64,000 nt of DNA from Octopus sinensis. Its lineage: Eukaryota. Position 1 is the first letter of the stretch, and the number at the start of each line of letters is the position of its first letter. The notes below the pieces were generated by a model. It saw only the letters and a program-made list of their open reading frames with translations, was not told where the DNA came from and did no database searches. The stretch covers positions 106,826,001 through 106,890,000 of the forward strand of contig NC_043002.1 of the NCBI RefSeq assembly GCF_006345805.1, written 5' to 3'. Position numbers and translations under genes: made by a program. Positions 61,860 through 64,000 of the stretch are shown here, piece after piece.

Positions 61860-62085
61860 GAGGGCAGAAACGTTAGCACGCCGGGCAAAATGCTTAGAAG
61901 TATTTCGTCTACCGTTACGTTCTGAGTTCAAATTCCGCCGAGGTCGACTTTGCCTTTCATCCTTTCGGAGTCGATTAAATAAGTACCAGTTTCGCACTGG
62001 GGTCGATATAATCGACTTAATCCATTTGTCTGTCCTTGTTTGTCCCCTCTGTGTGTAGCCCCTTGTGGGTAGTAAAGAAATAAGA
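61860..62085 (+). mobile_element. SINE B (tail type 2)
   Basis: AGAAAGAGGGCA / AGAAAGAGGGCA-like duplication on the flanks. Confidence 0.85.
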
Positions 62086-62204
62086 AAGAGGGCACCAGTA
62101 GCACTTCTCTCTTGCACAAGACCAAACTGTATTTCATCTTGTCTTATCCTCTTTCAAACTAATTGGGCTGTAATTCTCTTTCTCTAACTTTCATGACCTG
62201 GTCA

Positions 62205-62495
62205 ATTTGATACCCTTATAATCACTTTTTTAATTAGCAATTTGATACCTCTGTAATCACTTCTTTAATTAGCAATTTGATACCTCTGTAATCACTTCTT
62301 TAATTAGCAATTTGATACCTCTGTAATCACTTCTTTAATTAGCAATTTGATACCTTTGTAATCACTTCTTTAATTAGCAATTTGATACCTTTGTAATCAC
62401 TTCTTTAATTAGCAGTTTGATACCTCTATAATTCTTTAATTAGCAATTTGATATCTTTATAATTCTTTAATTAGCAATTTGATATCTTTATAATT
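62205..62495. repeat. 35-bp minisatellite, about 8 copies
   Basis: AATTAGCAATTTGATACCTCTGTAATCACTTCTTT recurring at 62232, 62267, 62302, 62337, 62372 and 62407, then shortened. Confidence 0.92.
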
Positions 62496-63371
62496 ACATC
62501 TATGTAAGGTATCTCTTTTACCCGTGTAATGCTGCTACATCAGTCATTAAGTATGGTACCTTCTCCTACAATCTGGGGTCAATGTAATCAACTAGACCCC
62601 CCCCCCAATAATCTCAGGTTTCCTACTTGTACTAGGAAGGATTATTATTGTATTAAAACTCACAGCTTATTTTACTGGGGATGATGGAAAGTGTCAGCTG
62701 TTTACTGGTTATTCTTCAAGAACTCTGCGAAGAATTCTTGCAGTTCCAAGCAATACTGATTTTTGTAGGTATTCTACCTTCACACTTGCACCAATGTCCC
62801 TTGCCTTCCCCTTGTAGTAGAAAGGATTGTTGTTGTTGTTGTTGTAAGGCAGTGAGCTGGCAGAATCGTTAGCACATCAGGCAAAATGCTTAGCAAAATT
62901 TTACCCATCTTTACATTCTGAGTTCAAATTTCACTGAGGTCGACTTTGCCTTTCATCTTTTTTTTTGGGGGGGGGGGGTCGATAAAATAAGTACCAGTTG
63001 CGTACTGGGGTTTGATGTAATTGACTCATCTCCTCCCCCAAAATTGCTGCCCTTGTGCCAAAACTTGAAAGCATTATTATTATTATTATTATTCATTGTT
63101 TAACGTCTGTTTTCCATGCTGGCATGGGTTGGGCAGTTTGACTGAGGTCTGGAGAGCCAGCGGCTGCACTAGGTTCCAGTCTGATCTGGCAATATTTCTA
63201 CAGCTGGATGCCCTTCCTAGCGCTAACAACTCCGCGAGTGTAGTGGGTGCTTTTTACATGCCACAGGCATGGGGGCCAGACAGTGGGTACTGTCATCAAC
63301 CATGTTTGGATGGTGCTTTTTACATGACACCAGCACAAGAGCCAGTCAGTGGGAACTGACGATAGCTACGA

Positions 63372-63829
63372 TATTATTATTATTATTGAGTGAGAGAGCA
63401 GTTCATGCCATCAAAGTGACACTGGGGTAAAATATACGAAGCCCAATATACCCATCGTGACTACCCGTCTGATAAGGGTACACCAGGCACATGCATCACA
63501 ACCATATGTGCGCGACATGGTGATCTCATATCAAGATAAACAGCACATGACCTTGCAGGTGGGGCCCAGTTTGAATTTTCTTCAGGTTGAGTAGCCCATC
63601 CCGCTCAAAAGGTCCCTAAATAAGGGTTGTTTAAGGGTGTTGAAAGAACCACCCATGTTTCCAGAGGTGAATTATTCAAACCCCAAAGAATCCCTCTCAA
63701 CACATGGCTATGATGCTCCCCCACTACTTCTCTCTCATGATCAGAGATGTACATATCGTCAGCCACTAAGGGACATGCTCAACTGGTTACGGTCAAACAA
63801 CTGACAAGCAAATCTGTGGTATTGAGCAG
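63372..63829 (-). mobile_element. Unclassified retro-element 3' portion with (AAT)n tail
   Basis: Minus strand ends CTGCTCTCTCACTC(AAT)n; GC-richer than the flanks; family not identified. Confidence 0.4.
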
Positions 63830-64000
63830 GCGGCGAGCTGGCAGAAACGTTAACACGCCGGGCGAAATGCTTAGCGGTATTTCGTCTGCGTTACGTTGAG
63901 TTCAAATTCCGCCGGGGTCGACTTTGCCTTTCATCCTTTCGGGGTCGATAAATTAAGTACCAGTTACGCACTGGGGTCGATGTAATCGACTTAATACCTA
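63830..64000 (+). mobile_element. SINE B, cut by the window end
   Basis: GGCGGCGAGCTGGCAGAAACG head and central domain. Confidence 0.85.

Noticed and set aside
62205-62495. 35-bp repeats as CRISPR direct repeats
   Set aside because: Head-to-tail with no spacers.
1-64000. Prokaryotic, viral or horizontally transferred gene system
   Set aside because: No operon-like ORF density or recognisable microbial or viral proteins; all long ORFs are host genes or TEs.

Overview
Eukaryotic, AT-rich, repeat-dense genomic DNA, most consistent with an Octopus (coleoid cephalopod) genome. This rests on the C2H2 gene style, tRNA-SINE/RTE landscape and long (TA)n tracts; it is inference, with no database check. 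Host genes: two convergent single-coding-exon C2H2 zinc-finger genes (8738-9625 +, 10 fingers; 21633-22739 -, 13 fingers), a decayed finger array at about 10290-11540, an intronless SAC3D1 (30668-31726 +), and a multi-exon C19orf47 homologue rebuilt by hand from 7 phase-compatible exons (42145-61453 +, continuing past the window). The rest is mobile DNA: several tRNA-derived SINE families, RTE, CR1, Tx1/L1 and CRE LINE fragments, Helitrons, a mariner deletion derivative and several MITEs. Most short ORFs in the supplied track are artefacts of these repeats. The most unusual signals are a tRNA-headed SINE-like element ending in a Penelope-type minimal hammerhead ribozyme fold (8250-8476) and an RTE whose RT carries a C4HC3 PHD finger, followed by a 7-unit tandem array of its ORF end plus 3' UTR (57235-60848). 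Also notable are a Merlin-like MITE carrying telomere-like repeats (4006-4358), a 60-bp hairpin with G-U-biased mismatches (2807-2938) and a MITE family with 6-bp TSDs.
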